Origin: Mobula hypostoma
Taxonomy: Eukaryota
NCBI RefSeq assembly: GCF_963921235.1
Contig: NC_086109.1
Coordinates: 13,828,001 to 13,892,000 of the forward strand
Direction of reading: 5' to 3'
Length of the DNA: 64,000 nucleotides
Shown: positions 34,893-48,869 of the stretch, in pieces
Numbering within the stretch: the stretch's first letter is position 1
How the letters are laid out: every line of letters starts with the position of its first letter
The notes under the pieces: generated by a model
What the model saw: the letters and a program-made list of their open reading frames with translations, nothing else
Databases searched by the model: none
Told to the model about the DNA's origin: nothing
Position numbers and translations under genes: made by a program

Positions 34893-37613
34893 AAGGTGAA
34901 AAAGCAATGAAGTAGTGAATAGTCGGACTACTAACGTACACTCTAAAATTGATGAAAATTCCTTTTACCATTATTAAATAAAGAAATAATTTTTATTTGT
35001 AGCTTTAAATAGGTTTGAATTTTTTTTTGCAATTATTTGTCACTGCTTTGAACTTGCAATTCCTATTTTCTTTCACTGTGCATCGCAAATCAGAATTCTT
35101 TGAAGTTTTTATGTCATGGTTCAGGGGGTGGGGGGTGGGGGTGGGGAGCCACATGGAGGACATGGTCTTGGAGCCAAGGAGGCAGGAACCCAAAAAAGTT
35201 TGGGAACCCACTGGTAATATAGATGATTAAAATTTGTTACAATTTTGTAATCACAACTAACTTGTACTTGATTGTTACAATCAGTTAATATTGCAATGAT
35301 TGTTCCATGGTGTTTCAAATAACTAATAATGTGATGGATTGTTGCAATTAACTAAATACCATACTAGATTGTTTCATGTTGTTACGATAAGCTAATATTG
35401 TAATAGATTGTTTAATGTTGTTGCAATATGTTAATATGTCATAGAATATAACAAATGGTTATTGTATTAAGTTGTTATGTATCATTGTAATTTTTTATCA
35501 ACTGTAAGAGGTTACTTCATACTTATTGAAACTTATTCATTTTGTGAATGTATAGAATTACAATCAGAAGTTACAAGGCTTCAGATTTGGTTAAATATGT
35601 TCAGGATTAAGGGACTGTGTAACTAATATGTAGCAGTAGTGGTGTGATCGCTCCAGTCGAGTATGATGTTCCCCAAAAGGGTTGTCCGTGCTGGGTCCTC
35701 AGGTGGTTGGAGAGTCTGACAGAGAGCCACATAACTGGGATGTTAAAGTGGATTCCCTTAATGGGGAATGCCTGTGCTTGATTTTGTTTAACGTGCGGAG
35801 ACTGATGCACGGGCATCCAACGCACAATCCTTAACATATCGGGGTCAGGGTCCAGTAGTAAAGTTATCCAGTGAGTGGCAGTTCTGTGGCTGAAACTGCC
35901 TTGTTAATGAGAGACGTCCAAGGAGAATGGCCAGACTGGTTCAAGCTGACAGGAAGGTGGCAGTAACCCAAATAACCTTGTGTTACAACAGTGGTGTGCA
36001 GAAGCTCATATCTGAATCTTGAAATGGATGAGCTGCAACAGCAGAAGACCATGAATATGCATTCAGTGGCCACTTTCCTAGGTACAGAAGGTACCTAATA
36101 AAGTGGCCACTGAGTGTATTGCCTCCAAGAGGACCACCTCCTCATTGTAGGGTTTGGAGGCTCGTGTGCCTCAATGACCCAGAGAGCTATGTTGACTGGA
36201 GTCAGGGCTTTATGCTTTGGTTCTTGGCAGGGTCACTCATGCCAAACAGGTCAAAGGGTAGAGGTCAGACTAAGAGTGGTCCACCGGTCCTTCAGGTTTG
36301 GGGGTTCAGCTCAGGGCTAACAACCCTGACTGGTAAAACAAAACTGTTACTGAAAATACAGGGAGAGTGTATTGCACAAATGCTGCCTATTTTGCCTCCA
36401 GTCTTATGGTGCCGTGCACAAAGCTTCTGGAAATCACAGACGGCTGCTGACATTTAGTGGTCATTTCATGCCTCTAAGCATTGTAATTGGCAATGATGAT
36501 ATTCTCACAATAATGTCGATGTTTACAGACTGCTGTAAATTGTTGCATGCAGTTGGTTATTGACTGTCTCGGATGACTGCAAATTGATAGAAATTATTGC
36601 ACACTCATGCAAATAGCCGGTGTTTTTACAATGGCCTTGCAAAGGGTCGCAGGTCATTGCATGCCATCGCAGATAATTCTTGCAGACAATTGCATTTATT
36701 GCCAACTGCTGACTACTGTTGCCGATGCTTCCACCCTCATTGATTACTGCATGTTATTGCAGTTGGCTACACACAACTCTGGATTGCTGCCCGCTGATAC
36801 ATGAGTCTATTGCCTGGTGAGAGTAGCTGCAGATTATTTCTGACTTCTTCTTGCTAGTATGAATTGATGCCAAATGTTACATATTGTATCACTCATTTAA
36901 GCTACTGCAGATTGTTAACCATTGCATACTACTTTGAATTTGTTTTCAATTGTTATCAGATCTTGCCTGCTTCTGACAGAAGGAAACAAGACCCGAGGTC
37001 CCACAACACCAGGTTCAGGATCTGTTATTACCCCTCAACCAATGGGCTCCCAAGCCAGCATGGATAACGTCACTCATCTCAACACTAATTCCACAACTTA
37101 CCGACTCATTTTCAAGGCATTTGCAACTCAAATTCTCAATATTATTTATTATTTTGTTTTTCTTCTTGTATTTGCACAATGTTATAGTCTTCTGCTCATT
37201 AGTTGTCCATCGTACATAGTTTGAAAAAAAGATTTATTTATTTATTGATATACAGTGTGGAATAGGCCCTTCTGGCCCTTTGAGCCACGCTGCCCAGCAA
37301 TCCCTGATTTAACCTTAGCCTAACCACGGGACAATTTACAATGACCAATTAACCTACCAACCAGCAGGTTTCTTTGGACTGTGGGAGGGAACCGGTGCAC
37401 CCAGAGAAAACCCACACGGTCATGGGGAGAACGTACAAACTCCTTACAAAGAGCAGCAGAAATCGAATCCGGTTCGCCTATACTGTAAATTGTCGGGCTA
37501 ACCATTATGCTACTGTGCTGCCCCAGTCAATGATTCTATTGTGTTTCTTTGTATCTACAGTGAATGCCACAAGATAACGAATCTCAGGATAGTATATGGT
37601 GATATATATGTAC

Positions 37614-37927
37614 CAGTGTTGGCGTGTGGGCAAGTGGTTAAGGCGTTCGTCTAGTGATTTGAAGGTCGCTAGTTCGAGCTTTGGCTGAGGCAGCGTGTGT
37701 CTCCTTGAGCAAGGCACTTAACCACACATTGCTCTGCGACGACACCAGTGCAAAGCTGTATGGGTCCTATGCCCTTCCCTTGGGCAACATCGGTGGCGTG
37801 GAGAGGGGAGACTTGCAGCATGGGCAACTGCTGGTCTTCCATACAACCTTGCCCAGGCCTGTGCCCTGGAAACCTTCCAAGGCACAAACCCATGGTCTCA
37901 CGAGACAAACGGATGCCTAAAATAATA
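37614..37927 (+). mobile_element. tRNA-derived SINE (same family as 6371-6682)
   Basis: A/B boxes, family body, TSD ATATGTAC. Confidence 0.85.
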
Positions 37928-38261
37928 ATATGTACTCTGATGATAAATTTACTTTGAATGCCAACTCCAGTGGCCCCTGTCAGCAGTTGTCGTACGGAGA
38001 TTTATTTGAAAGTTTGCCACACTTTCCACTTGCGGGATTACAGTCTTAGCAAAGTGCATGGAAGAAAGAGTCTTGAGACATGAGGTGGACGGAGAGAAGT
38101 TGGGATGTATGATACCGCCTGCTGGTCTTGGAAATATTTTTTTGGCAGGGCAGTGCAATACACCTTCTGCGCCCCTGTGCTGTCCTTCCGAGCTGTCTGG
38201 CTGACTGTTGAGCAGTGAGAGACATGAGCAAGTTGATCAACAATGGTAATGATTCGGAACA

Positions 38262-39117
38262 CAGACAGGAAGTGGAGCGGCTTGTGGACTAGTGTGAGAA
38301 GACAAACCTAATTCTGAACATGGAGAAGGCAAGGGAAATTATTGTGGACTTCAGGAAAGTGTAGACAAGCCATTCCCCTCTGTGAATACATGTCTCCTCC
38401 ATAGAGAGAGTTAAGTGCACTAAGTTCCTGGGATTTCACATCACAGACAACCTCACCTGGGCCCTTACTATCACCTTCCTGAACAAGAAGGCACAGCAGC
38501 ACCTTCCTAAGAAGATTGAGGCAAGCAAGGCTCCCACATCACCTCCACCCCCATCTCATCTACATTTTACAGGAGCACCATCGAGAGTGTGCTGACAAGT
38601 TGCATCTCCATCTGGTATGGGAGCAGTCGAGCATCAGAATGGAAGTTCCTACAAAGGACTGTAAGAACAGCTGGGAGGATCATAGGGGTCTCCCTACCAT
38701 CCACCGGGGACATTTATCAGGAGCACTGCGTATGCGGGCCCTTAGTATTATCAAGGATCCCACCCATCCATCCAGCATCTGCTTTGGCATCAGGCAGGAG
38801 ACTCCGGTGCATAAAGACAAGAATTATCAGGGTGGGAAACAGTTTCTTCCCTCAGGCCTTCAGGCTTCTGAACTCCCTGCCCAATCGCATTCAAAATGTC
38901 ACAATTTAAACTGTTCTGTACCTTATGATATTTAACTTATGCATTTTACTTTGTTTATTAATGCATAATTCATCTGTAGATTTTATCCATACTTTCCTAA
39001 GTTATTGTGTGTTATGTGTACCACTCTGCTTTACACTCTGGTCTGGAGAAATATTGTCTTGTTTGATGGTATACATGTACAGGTATATAGTTAAATGGCA
39101 ATAAACGTAACTTGACT
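38262..39117 (+). mobile_element. Rex1/Babar-like LINE 3' fragment
   Basis: IVDFRK, KFLG.HITDNLTW, LTSCISIWYG, SGRRLR.IKTR..R..NSFFPQA.RLLN motifs. Confidence 0.8.
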
Positions 39118-40019
39118 CTACCAGCAGTAAGAAACTTCTACTTGCTCATTCTACAAATTCCTGCAGTGAGAGGAAACCTCAAACAATGCAAACCAGATCT
39201 CAGCCCCAATGAAAAAAAGTATCATCTCTGCTTGGAGTCATTCTTGATAGCTCGGTAGTTTCAAGTAACCAGCTTCCCACTATAGAGGACATCTTCAACA
39301 GCTGATGCCTTAAGGAGATGGTATCCATCATTAAGAACCCTCAGCACCAGGACATGCCCTCTTCTCATTGCTACCATCAGAGAGCAGGTACAGGAGCCTG
39401 AAGACCCACGCTCAACATTTTAGAGAAAGCTTCTTTCCCTGTGCCATCAGATTTTTGTATGGTCCATGAATCTGTAAACACTACTTCAATTTTTCATTCT
39501 CTTTCTGCGCTAATTATTTATTTGTTTGTTTGTTATTTATTTATATGTATTTCTTATTGTAACTTTATGGTATTTCTTTATGTATTGCACAGTACTGCTG
39601 CCTCAACACAATAAATTTTACAACGTGTCAGTGAAAATAAATCTGATTCTGATTTTATTACGAGTAAAGTCAAAGTCAAGTCAAAGTTGACGTAAATGTA
39701 TTATTAAAGTATGTATATGTCACCATACATTACCTTGAGATTCAGTTTCTTGCAGGCATTTACAGGAAAATAAAGAAATACGATAGAATTTATGAAAAAC
39801 TATATATAAACAAAGACTGACAAACAACCAATCTGCAATAGAAGACAAATAGTGCAAGTAAGAAAAGTAAAACTGAGGATATGAGTTGTAGAGACTTTGA
39901 AAGTCAGTCTAAAGGTTGTGGAATCAGTTCAGAGTTGAGAAATCTGGTCTGGTGTTCCCTATTGAAAGCACGATCCAATTAAAACATATAAATACTTTAC
40001 GTGTTATGTTCATTAATAA

Positions 40020-40455
40020 AAAAAAAAGAACTTTCAGTCCTGTAGCACCTTTCACGACCTTGGATTACTCAAAAATCCTTCTATGTCAGTGGAATCTCTT
40101 TCAAGTTCAAATCACTGCTGGAATTTGTGAAACACCTCAGCCAATTTCTGCCATGTGACTACGCACGAGTGTAAGAGGGACCAGATAGTGTGATAGACGG
40201 GAGAATAGGGTTGAGAGGGATAATAAATCAGTCACGATCAAAAGGTGGAGAAGGGACAAATGACCTAATTCTGCTCCTATGACTCATGGTCCAGGTAATC
40301 TGCTTTGGATATGCTGACTGAGCCTTGATTATTGGTCCAAGAATCAGTGTATCGTCTCCTGTTCTTCCTTGAGGTACAAGGTAGTTCCAGGAGACATTTT
40401 ATACCCATCCAGAAGAGCAGATAAAGATTGCACTTCTGTCAGTGGAGCATTAGAA
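40020..40455 (-). mobile_element. ancient Deu-domain (SacSINE/AmnSINE-like) SINE remnant; related fragments at 31590-31725 and 41230-41390
   Basis: Resembles the Deu consensus as I recall it (cagccaattt...gaccagataatctg...; gcagacgg.gcctc.gtttaa.gtct.atc.gaaaga.ggca.ctc); heavily diverged. Confidence 0.5.
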
Positions 40456-40624
40456 TACTTTTTCATACTCAGGTTTTCAGAGTGGAAATTGATGATAGGA
40501 AAATGGAAGGTTACGTAGGAGGGAAGGGTTAGGTTTTCCTGGAGTAGGTTAAGAAGTCAGCACATCACTGTGAATCAAAGAGTCTGTGCTGTGCTGTAAT
40601 GTTCTATCTTCTAAGGCTCCATTG

Positions 40625-41390
40625 AATGCACAAAGTGACCTAAATCCTTACCAGCAAGTAAATAATTTATCTGACCAATTATTGTCACTCGAGTTGATCG
40701 GTTGGCCTGAGTAAGTGGACTAACTGACCCTCACCTGGAGGTTTCTGAGGTGTTCAGTAAAGATTCGGCTCTAAGATAAACTCACCTCATGGAACATTTC
40801 GCAGAAAAAAAAACAACAGAATGAGAAAAAGCAGCCAAATTATTCTTGGTTGATTGTGCATTTCCCAGACTTTTACTCCCACCTATCAAGGCAAACAGTC
40901 AGCATCGAGGACATCTTCATAAGACGATACCTTAAAAAGCCATCATTAAGGACCCTCATCATCCAGGACATGCCTTCTTCTCATTGCTACCATCAGCAAG
41001 GAGGTACAGAAATCTGAAGACACATACTCTGCTTACAGGAACAGGTACTCCCCCTTCTCCAGCAGATTTCGGAATGGACAATGTATATTACCTCTATATT
41101 TTTAAATATATATACACACATATTTATTATTGTAATTTATAGTGTTTTTTATTATGTATTGCACTGTGCTGTTGCCGCAATACAACACATTTCACAACGG
41201 TGCCAGTGATTTTAAACCTAGTACCTATTCTCAGTTGAATGTTTAATCTGAAAGATAGTGTCTCTTTGGTGCTGCATGGGATCTGCAATTCAGATTTTTA
41301 TCATTTAGTCTTTGTTAGGGATAAGGATTTGAATCAACAATCTTGAAATTCAGAAGGGCGAGCGTACCAGCTGAGGCTCAGCAAGCACAC
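40625..41390. repeat. local duplicated block, copy 2 (interrupted by a LINE tail at about 40905-41225)
   Basis: Colinear with 31336-31725. Confidence 0.85.
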
Positions 41391-43384
41391 CGAAGTCAAA
41401 GGCGACGTACTATCAATGAACATATATTTCACCACGTACTACCTTGAGATTCCTTCTCCAGGGATCTGTCTTTGTTGTGGTGTGATTTCCTGAGAGCGAT
41501 GCCATTTGGAGTTTAGCCATCGAGCCCTTAGCGTTAGCTGGGGTTATCCATGGCAGTAAGGTTCAAAGAGGAGGTTCCAGGCAAAGAACGATCCAACCAA
41601 GACCTGGCAGAAGATGGTGAGGCATCACAATGTCAGTGAAGCCAAGGAAGGCTGCAGCAGTGAAGGGTCCCTACTTGTCTTGCTCTCCAAACCACTGGAC
41701 CCTGACCCCGATTTGACAAGGACCATGTAGTGGCTGCCTGTGTGTCAGCCTCCCCACATTAAACGAAGTCACACGCAGGCGTTCTCCATTAAGGGAATAA
41801 ACCCTTAGGAGAACATCATACTCAGGTCGAGTAATCACACTACTAATACCTTCAGGTTCATTTTCTTGCTGGTATTTACAGGAAAATAAAGAAATACAAC
41901 GGGATTTATGAAAAACTATACATAAACCATTTACGTATACAGAATTATTCAATAATATCTATTTGCCATCCATTAAAGGAGTTTAATTCAGACCTGGAAT
42001 TTGAATCCTCTTTGTTCCCGTCAAACTGGTTTTGCAACTTGGAGGTGAAAAGACATTGATTCTTTATAACTTCTTTTGTTCCCGCAGTTGTATGTTACTA
42101 GAAGGAACACAATGGAGCTGGGAGGATGAGAAGAAATATTTTTGATGTAGTGAGTTGTAAATGGAATGCTTGCCTCTATTTGCATCACTGCTTTTTAAAA
42201 TAATACGTTTTATAGGATTTGTATTTTTTTTAACAAACTCATGTATATTTCACACTCACAAGCAACTAAACTATCAATTTCTCATTTTTCATTGGCTAAG
42301 TATTAGCACGTTACCCACACGATGTAATTGTTTTAATTATGTTTCCTATTCATTCATTCATTCCTATCTAAGAAATTTGCTTTATCTTATCTATAAAAGT
42401 GATAGACTTCTCAGAGGCGCCATCCTTATTCCTTTCTCTTTCATTCTTTTGTCTTACACCCTGAACATTTATTCTCCCCTTAGCATCGTTTCTCAGCTCT
42501 GTATCTAGTTTCCTTAGTATTTTTATGCTTGTCTGTACTCTAAAATAAACTGAAATCTTGGAATTAAGTTTGCTCACCGTTCCGGACTCCCGGAAGAACC
42601 CTAAGGATCAGAAATTAAACAGAAATCCAACACCTCCCTGCCTGAACTCAGGCACATGGCAGCTGCGTTCTTGACATTGTCGGACTGTCGTAGGGAAAGT
42701 CCCATGACATACCAGGAGAGAGAAACAGTGTCACAGAATTAGGGAGTCGTACAGCATAGAAAGAAGCCCTTCAGCTCACCATGTTCATGAAAACCAGCAT
42801 GCCTACCTTTCCAGATCCTACATACCTGCATTAATTCTCTATCCCTCTATGCCATGCTTATTCAAGCATGTGTTAATGGTTCAATGATTCAATATAATAT
42901 CAGAGAATGTATACAGTTTACAATCTGAAATCCTTACTCTTCGTAGAAATCAACGAAACAGAGAAAAAACTCCAAAAGAATGAATGACAGAAATACGTTG
43001 GAACTCCAACCCTCCCCCCACTTCCACGCACGTGCTGCAGCAAAAGCACCAATGCTCCCCTCTCGCCCTTCCCTCCCCACTCCAACAAAAGCACCAACAT
43101 CCTCACCACCCACCATGCAAGGAATAGCAAGCCCCCGGCGCCCATGATCTAGAGTCCATCAAAAACTATTGTCCATCCCAGCACTTTGACACCTCGACAG
43201 GCCCTCTCACTAACGAGGGAGAAAGAGACATCGCTCCTGCCACAACGAGGGGAGAGGCCAACAGCTCACTTCTTAAGTATTGTTACTGTCCCTGTCTCCA
43301 CCATCTCCTCTGGCAACTCATTCCAGATACCAGCTGCTGTTTGTGTGAAAGATTTACTGCTGACATCTCCTTTAAACCTTCATC

Positions 43385-43768
43385 GTTCATTCATGTGTCC
43401 ATTATGTGCCGTGTCGTATGACATGGGTGATCTTTCCATGGCCATGATTGTTCGTGGCAAATATTTCTACAGAAGTGGTTTGCTATTGCCTTCTTCTGGT
43501 CTGTGTCTTTACAAGATGGGAGACCTCAGCCATTATCGGTACTCTTCAGAGATTGTCTGCCTGGCGTCAGTAGTTGCATAGCTAGGAGTTGTGATATGTC
43601 CCAGCTACATATATGACCATCCACCACCTGCTCCTATGGCTTCATGTGACCCTGATCGAGGGGGCTAAGCAGGTGCTAAGCCTTACCCAAGGGTGACCTG
43701 CAGGCTGGTAGAGGGAAGAAGCGCATTACACCTCCTTTGGTAGCAATGTATCTCCACTCCACCACCCA
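43385..43768 (-). mobile_element. short RTE-derived non-autonomous element (copy 2), nested in a CR1 3' end
   Basis: 12-bp TSD TAAACCTTCATC at 43373-43384 / 43769-43780. Confidence 0.75.
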
Positions 43769-44269
43769 TAAACCTTCATCATCACTCTTTAAACCTCTGC
43801 TTTCTAGTTTTAGGCATGCCTAGCTTGGGAACCAGAGTCTGGCTCTCTCCCCTATCTAGGTCTCTCCTAATTTTATAGACCTTTATTTTGTCACCTCTCA
43901 GCCTCCTTCTCTGCAAGGAACACAGACCCAATCTATCCAACCTCCCCTGAGTGCACAAGTCTTCCAGGGATACACAACATCCTTGTAAATGTTTTCTGCA
44001 CCCTTTGAGAATGGAGATGAGGAGGAATTTCTTTAACAGGAGGTTAGTGAATCTGTGGACTTCATTGCTACAGATGGCTGTGGAGAATTTGATAGGTTCT
44101 TCATTAGTAAGGGTGTCAAAGATTATGGGGAGAAGGCAGGAAAATGCAGTTGAAAGGGATAATAAATCAGCCATGATGGAATAATGAAAAAGACTTGATG
44201 GGCTGAATAGTCCAATTCTGCTCTTATGTCTTATGCTTTCATGGTCTCTGACTTAATCATGTCCTTCCA

Positions 44270-46165
44270 ATATAAGACCATAAAACCATAAATTATAGGA
44301 GCAGAAGTAGGCCATTCAGCCCATCGAGTCTGCTCCACCATTCAGTTATGGACTGATCCAATTCTTCCAGTCATCCCCACTCCCCTGCCTTCTCCCCATA
44401 CCCTTTGATGCCTTGGCTAATCAAGAGCCTATCTAGCTCTGCCTTAAATGCACCCAATGCCTTGGCCTCCACAGCCACTTGTGGCAACAAATTCCACAGA
44501 TTTACCACCCTCCGACTGAAGTAATTTCTCCGCATCTCTGTTCTAAATGGACATCCTTCAATCCTGAAGTCGTGCCCTCTTGTTCTAGACTTATACCATG
44601 GGAAATAACTTTGCCATATCTAATCTTTTCAGGCCTTTTAACATTCAGAATGTTTCTATGAGAACCCCCCTCATTCTCCTGAACTCCGGGGAATACAACT
44701 CAAGAGCTGCCAGACATTCCTCATACAGTAACCCTTTCATTCCTGGCATCATTCTCATGAATCTTCTCTGAATCCTCTCCATTGTCAGTATATCCTTTCT
44801 AAAATAAGGACTCCAAGACTGCACACAATACTCCAAGTGTGGTCTTACGAGTGCCTTATAGAACCTCAACATTACAACCCTGCTCTTATATTCTATACCT
44901 CTAGAAATGAATGCCAACATTGAATTGACCTTCTGCACCACCGACTCAACCTGCAGGTTAACCTGCACAAGAACTCCCAAGTCCCTTTGCATCTTTGTAT
45001 TTTTAATTATCTCCCCACCTACATTATAGTCTGCCTGTTTATTTCTTCCACCAAAGTGCATGACCATACACTTCCCAACATTGCTTTACATTTGCCACTT
45101 CTTTGCCCATTCCCCTAAACTACCTAAGTCTCTCGGCAGGCTCGCTGTTTCCTCAACAATACCCGTTCCTCCACCTTTCTTTGTATCATTGGCAAATTTA
45201 GCCACAAATCCATTAATTCCATCATCGTAAAAAGCAACAGTCCTACCACTGACCCCCGTGGAACTCCACTGGTAACCAGCAACCAGCCAGAATAGGATCC
45301 CTTTATTCCCACTCTCTGTTTTCTGCCAATCAGCCAATGCTCCACCCATGATAGTAACTTCCCTGTAATTCCATGGGCTCTTCTCTTGCTAAGCAGCCTC
45401 ATGTGTGGCACCTAGTCAAAGGCCTTCTGAAAATCCAAGTACACCACACCTATTGCATCTCTTTTGTCTACCCTCCTTGTAATATCCTCAAACAATTGCA
45501 GTAGGTTAGTCAGGCAGGATTTTCCTTTCAGGACACCATGCTGGCTTTGGCCTATCTTGTCATGTGCTCCAGGTACTCTGTAATCTCATCCCTAACAATC
45601 AATTCCAACAGCTTTCCAACCACTGATGTCAGGCTTACAGGTTTATAGTTTCCTTTCTGCTACCTCCCACCCTTCTTAAATAGCGGAGTAACATTTGCAA
45701 TTTTCCAGTCATCCGGTACAATGCCAGAATCTATCAATTCTAGAAAGGTCATTGTTAATGCCTCCGCAATCTCTCCAGTCACTTCCTTCAGAACCCAAGG
45801 GTGCATTCCATCAGGACCAGGAGATTTATCCACCCTCAGACCATTAAGCTTCCTGAGCACCTTCTCAGTTGTAATTTTCACTGCGCATACTTCACTTCCC
45901 TGACACTCTTGAATGTCCAGTATACTGCAGAGGTCTTCCACTGTGAAAATTGATGCAAAGTACGCATTTAGTTCCTCTGCCATCTCTGCGTCTCTCATTA
46001 CAGTATCTCTAGCATCATTTTGTATTGGTCCTATATCTACCCTTAACTCTTTTTTATCCTTTATATACTTAAACAAGCTTTTGGTATCTTCTTTGATATT
46101 AGTCGCCGCTTCCTTTCATAATTCACTTTTTCCTTCCTCATGACTTTTTTAGTTTCCTTCTGCAA
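44270..46165 (-). mobile_element. 5'-truncated CR1 LINE
   Basis: DKSPGPDGMHP, RPHLEYCVQSW and other ORF2 motifs in broken frames; 3'UTR at about 44270-44400. Confidence 0.9.
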
Positions 46166-48109
46166 TATTGTGGTGATCAGAACTGTATGCAGTGATGCTT
46201 AACCAAGCCTTTGTACAGCTGGAACGTGGCATCCCAATTCTTATACCCAATACCCCAGTTGATCCTATATGCTTCCTTTACCATCTGTGTTCCAATTTTT
46301 AGGGAATGACGTGCTTTTACCTCTTGATCTCACTAGTCAACAACTCTCCCCAAGGCCCTGCCATTCATTATGTATGTCCTGCCCTGATTTAACTGCCCAA
46401 AATCCAGCATTTTGCACTTGTCCGAGATATTTGCCATTCCATTCTTCATTAGAATGAGAATCAGGTTTAATATCACTGGCATATGTCATGAAATTTGCTA
46501 ACTTTGCAGCAGCTGTACAATTTTTATTTTATTTTTATTTTTTTTCTCTCTTCTATATTATGTATTGCATTGAACTGCTGCTGCTAAGTTAACAAATTTC
46601 ATGTCACATGCCAGTGATAATAAACCTGATTCTGATTCTGATTCTGATCTTTGATCTACAGTCAGTATATATATATACTAAATAGTTAAATTAAAAGAAA
46701 AACATGAATAATAAATTAGTGAGGTAGTGTTTATAAGTTCAATGTACATTCAGAAATCAGATGGCAGAGGTGAAGAAGCTGTTCCTGAGTCATTGACTGT
46801 GTGCCTTCAGGCTTCTGTACCTCCTTCCTAATGGTAGCAATAAGAGGGCATGCCCTGGGTGATGGCTGTTCTTAATGATGGATGCTGCCTTTTCGAGGCA
46901 TCGCTCCTTGAAGATGTCCTGGATACTATGGAGGCTAGTGCTCATGATGCAGCTGACTGACTTTACAAGTTTACGTCATTCCCCAAGATCCAGCATTTTT
47001 CACTTATCCGAGACATTTGCCAATTCTTTCCCCATGTCTCTTGGTGATCTGTTCCTAGATCGTGTTGTCTGACAATCTGAATGAATAACCCAAGTAAATG
47101 TGTTATTCCCCTCCATAGTTGCTGCCTGTCCTGCTGAGTGTCTCCAGCATTTTGTATGCATCCTGACAATGGTCTTTCTGTAAACGTTTCTGAAAGTTCT
47201 GAATTCTCTATCACTCTGTTAACTGAACCACTCAATGCCCCCTCCCTTAATACCCCCATCTGTTAAGTTTTATTTGACAGCTCTCCAGTGGATTGGCTTT
47301 GGACCTTCTGCCACGCAAGGGGCACTACATGTAGTTGCTGTAATGTCCTTGTGCTCAATTACTGGAGGAGTGTTTTGTTCAATGTTCAAAGTAAATTGAT
47401 CATTAAAGTACGTACTATACTATATGTTACCGTATACTACTATGAGATTCATTCTCTTACTGCATGTTCAGGAGAAATAAAGAAATACAATAGAATTTAT
47501 GAAAAAAAAACATACCTAAACCAAGACTGACAAATAACCAATGTGCAAAAGAAGACAAACTGTGCTAATAAAAACAAAACTGAGGATACGAATTGAAAGT
47601 GAGTCTGAAGATCACAGAGTCAGTTCAGAGTAATGGTGAGTTATCCATGGCTGTTCAGGAGTCAAATGGCTGTAGGGTAACAACCCTGGTGCTGTGGGAT
47701 TTAAGGCTTCTGTACTTCCAGCCTGTTGGTAGTAACGAGAAGAGAACATGGCCTGGATGGTGGGGATCCTTGATGATGGATGCTGCTTTCTTGTGCTAGT
47801 ACTCCATGTAAATGTGCTCAATGGTGGGGAGGGCTTTGCCTGTGATAGACTGGGCTGAGTCCATCAACTTCTGTAGCCTTTTCCTTTCCTAGGCATTTGG
47901 GTGTTCATGCCAGGCAGGCCATGAAGCAACCAGTCAGGATACTCTCCACTGTGCAGCTATAGGAGTTCAAAGTTCAAAGTAAATTTATTATCAAAGTACA
48001 TATATATAACTCTGAGATTCATTTTTTGCGGGCATTCATACAAGAAACACAGTAGAATCTATGAAAGACCTCACCCAACAGGACAAACAACCGATATGCC
48101 AAGGACTAT

Positions 48110-48240
48110 AAATACATACATACATACACACATACACACATACATACATACATATATACATACATAAATAAATAAACAAACAAACAAATAAATGGATTAA
48201 TGAACAAATGGATGAATAAATAAATAGATATATAGAAAGA
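48110..48240. repeat. compound (TACA)n/(AAAT)n/(AAAC)n microsatellite
   Basis: Direct observation. Confidence 0.85.
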
Positions 48241-48869
48241 TAAACAAATTTTGAGAATATGAGACGAAGAGCCCTTGAAATTGAGTCCATATGTGTTGGG
48301 AACATTTTAGTCATGGGGCAAGTAAAGTTAACCCCTCTGATTCAAAAGGCTGATGGTTGAGGGGTATTAACTGTTCCTGAACCTGGCAGTGCGGGTCCTG
48401 AGGCTCCTGTACTTTCATCCTGATGGCAACAGCGAGAAGAGGGCATGCCCTGTGTGGTGGGCGTCCTTGATGATGGATGCTGCTTTCCTGCGACAGCACT
48501 CCATTTAGATGTGTTCAATGTACTCACTTTGTTAAAGAAGTTTGTTCCCTGCTTCTACACTAACTTAGCTCACTTGATTACTTGCGTTTAGAAGTAACTG
48601 CCAGGAAATACTGAAAGTAAAAATACAAATATTCTCAAGATGTCACAGTTGCAGCTTTCGTTAACCCCAAGTTTAAATAAACTGGCCCCACCCTTGGTTG
48701 AAAAAATGGGTTCATTGTATGTATATCAAGTGTAAATTTTCAACACTCATAATAAACTGGCTCGAAAGAGATGAAGTGGCGAGAAAGAATGGCGAGTCCA
48801 TTCACGGCAAGAAAGAGGCGTAGATAAAGTGAGTGAGGAGAATGCCTATGTGCTATTCCATGCTCTCAC

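Larger units (their letters stand above)
32081..35213 (+). mobile_element. hAT DNA transposon fossil (Buster/Charlie group)
   Basis: Imperfect TIRs CAGTGATTCCAAAGT / AAGTTTGGGAACCCACTG; transposase remnants inside; two nested insertions. Confidence 0.8.

Noticed and set aside
40655..40710. Minus-strand reading ANRSTRVTIIG, reminiscent of an antigen-receptor J segment
   Set aside because: No FGxG/WGxG motif, no RSS, and the other copy has a stop in that frame
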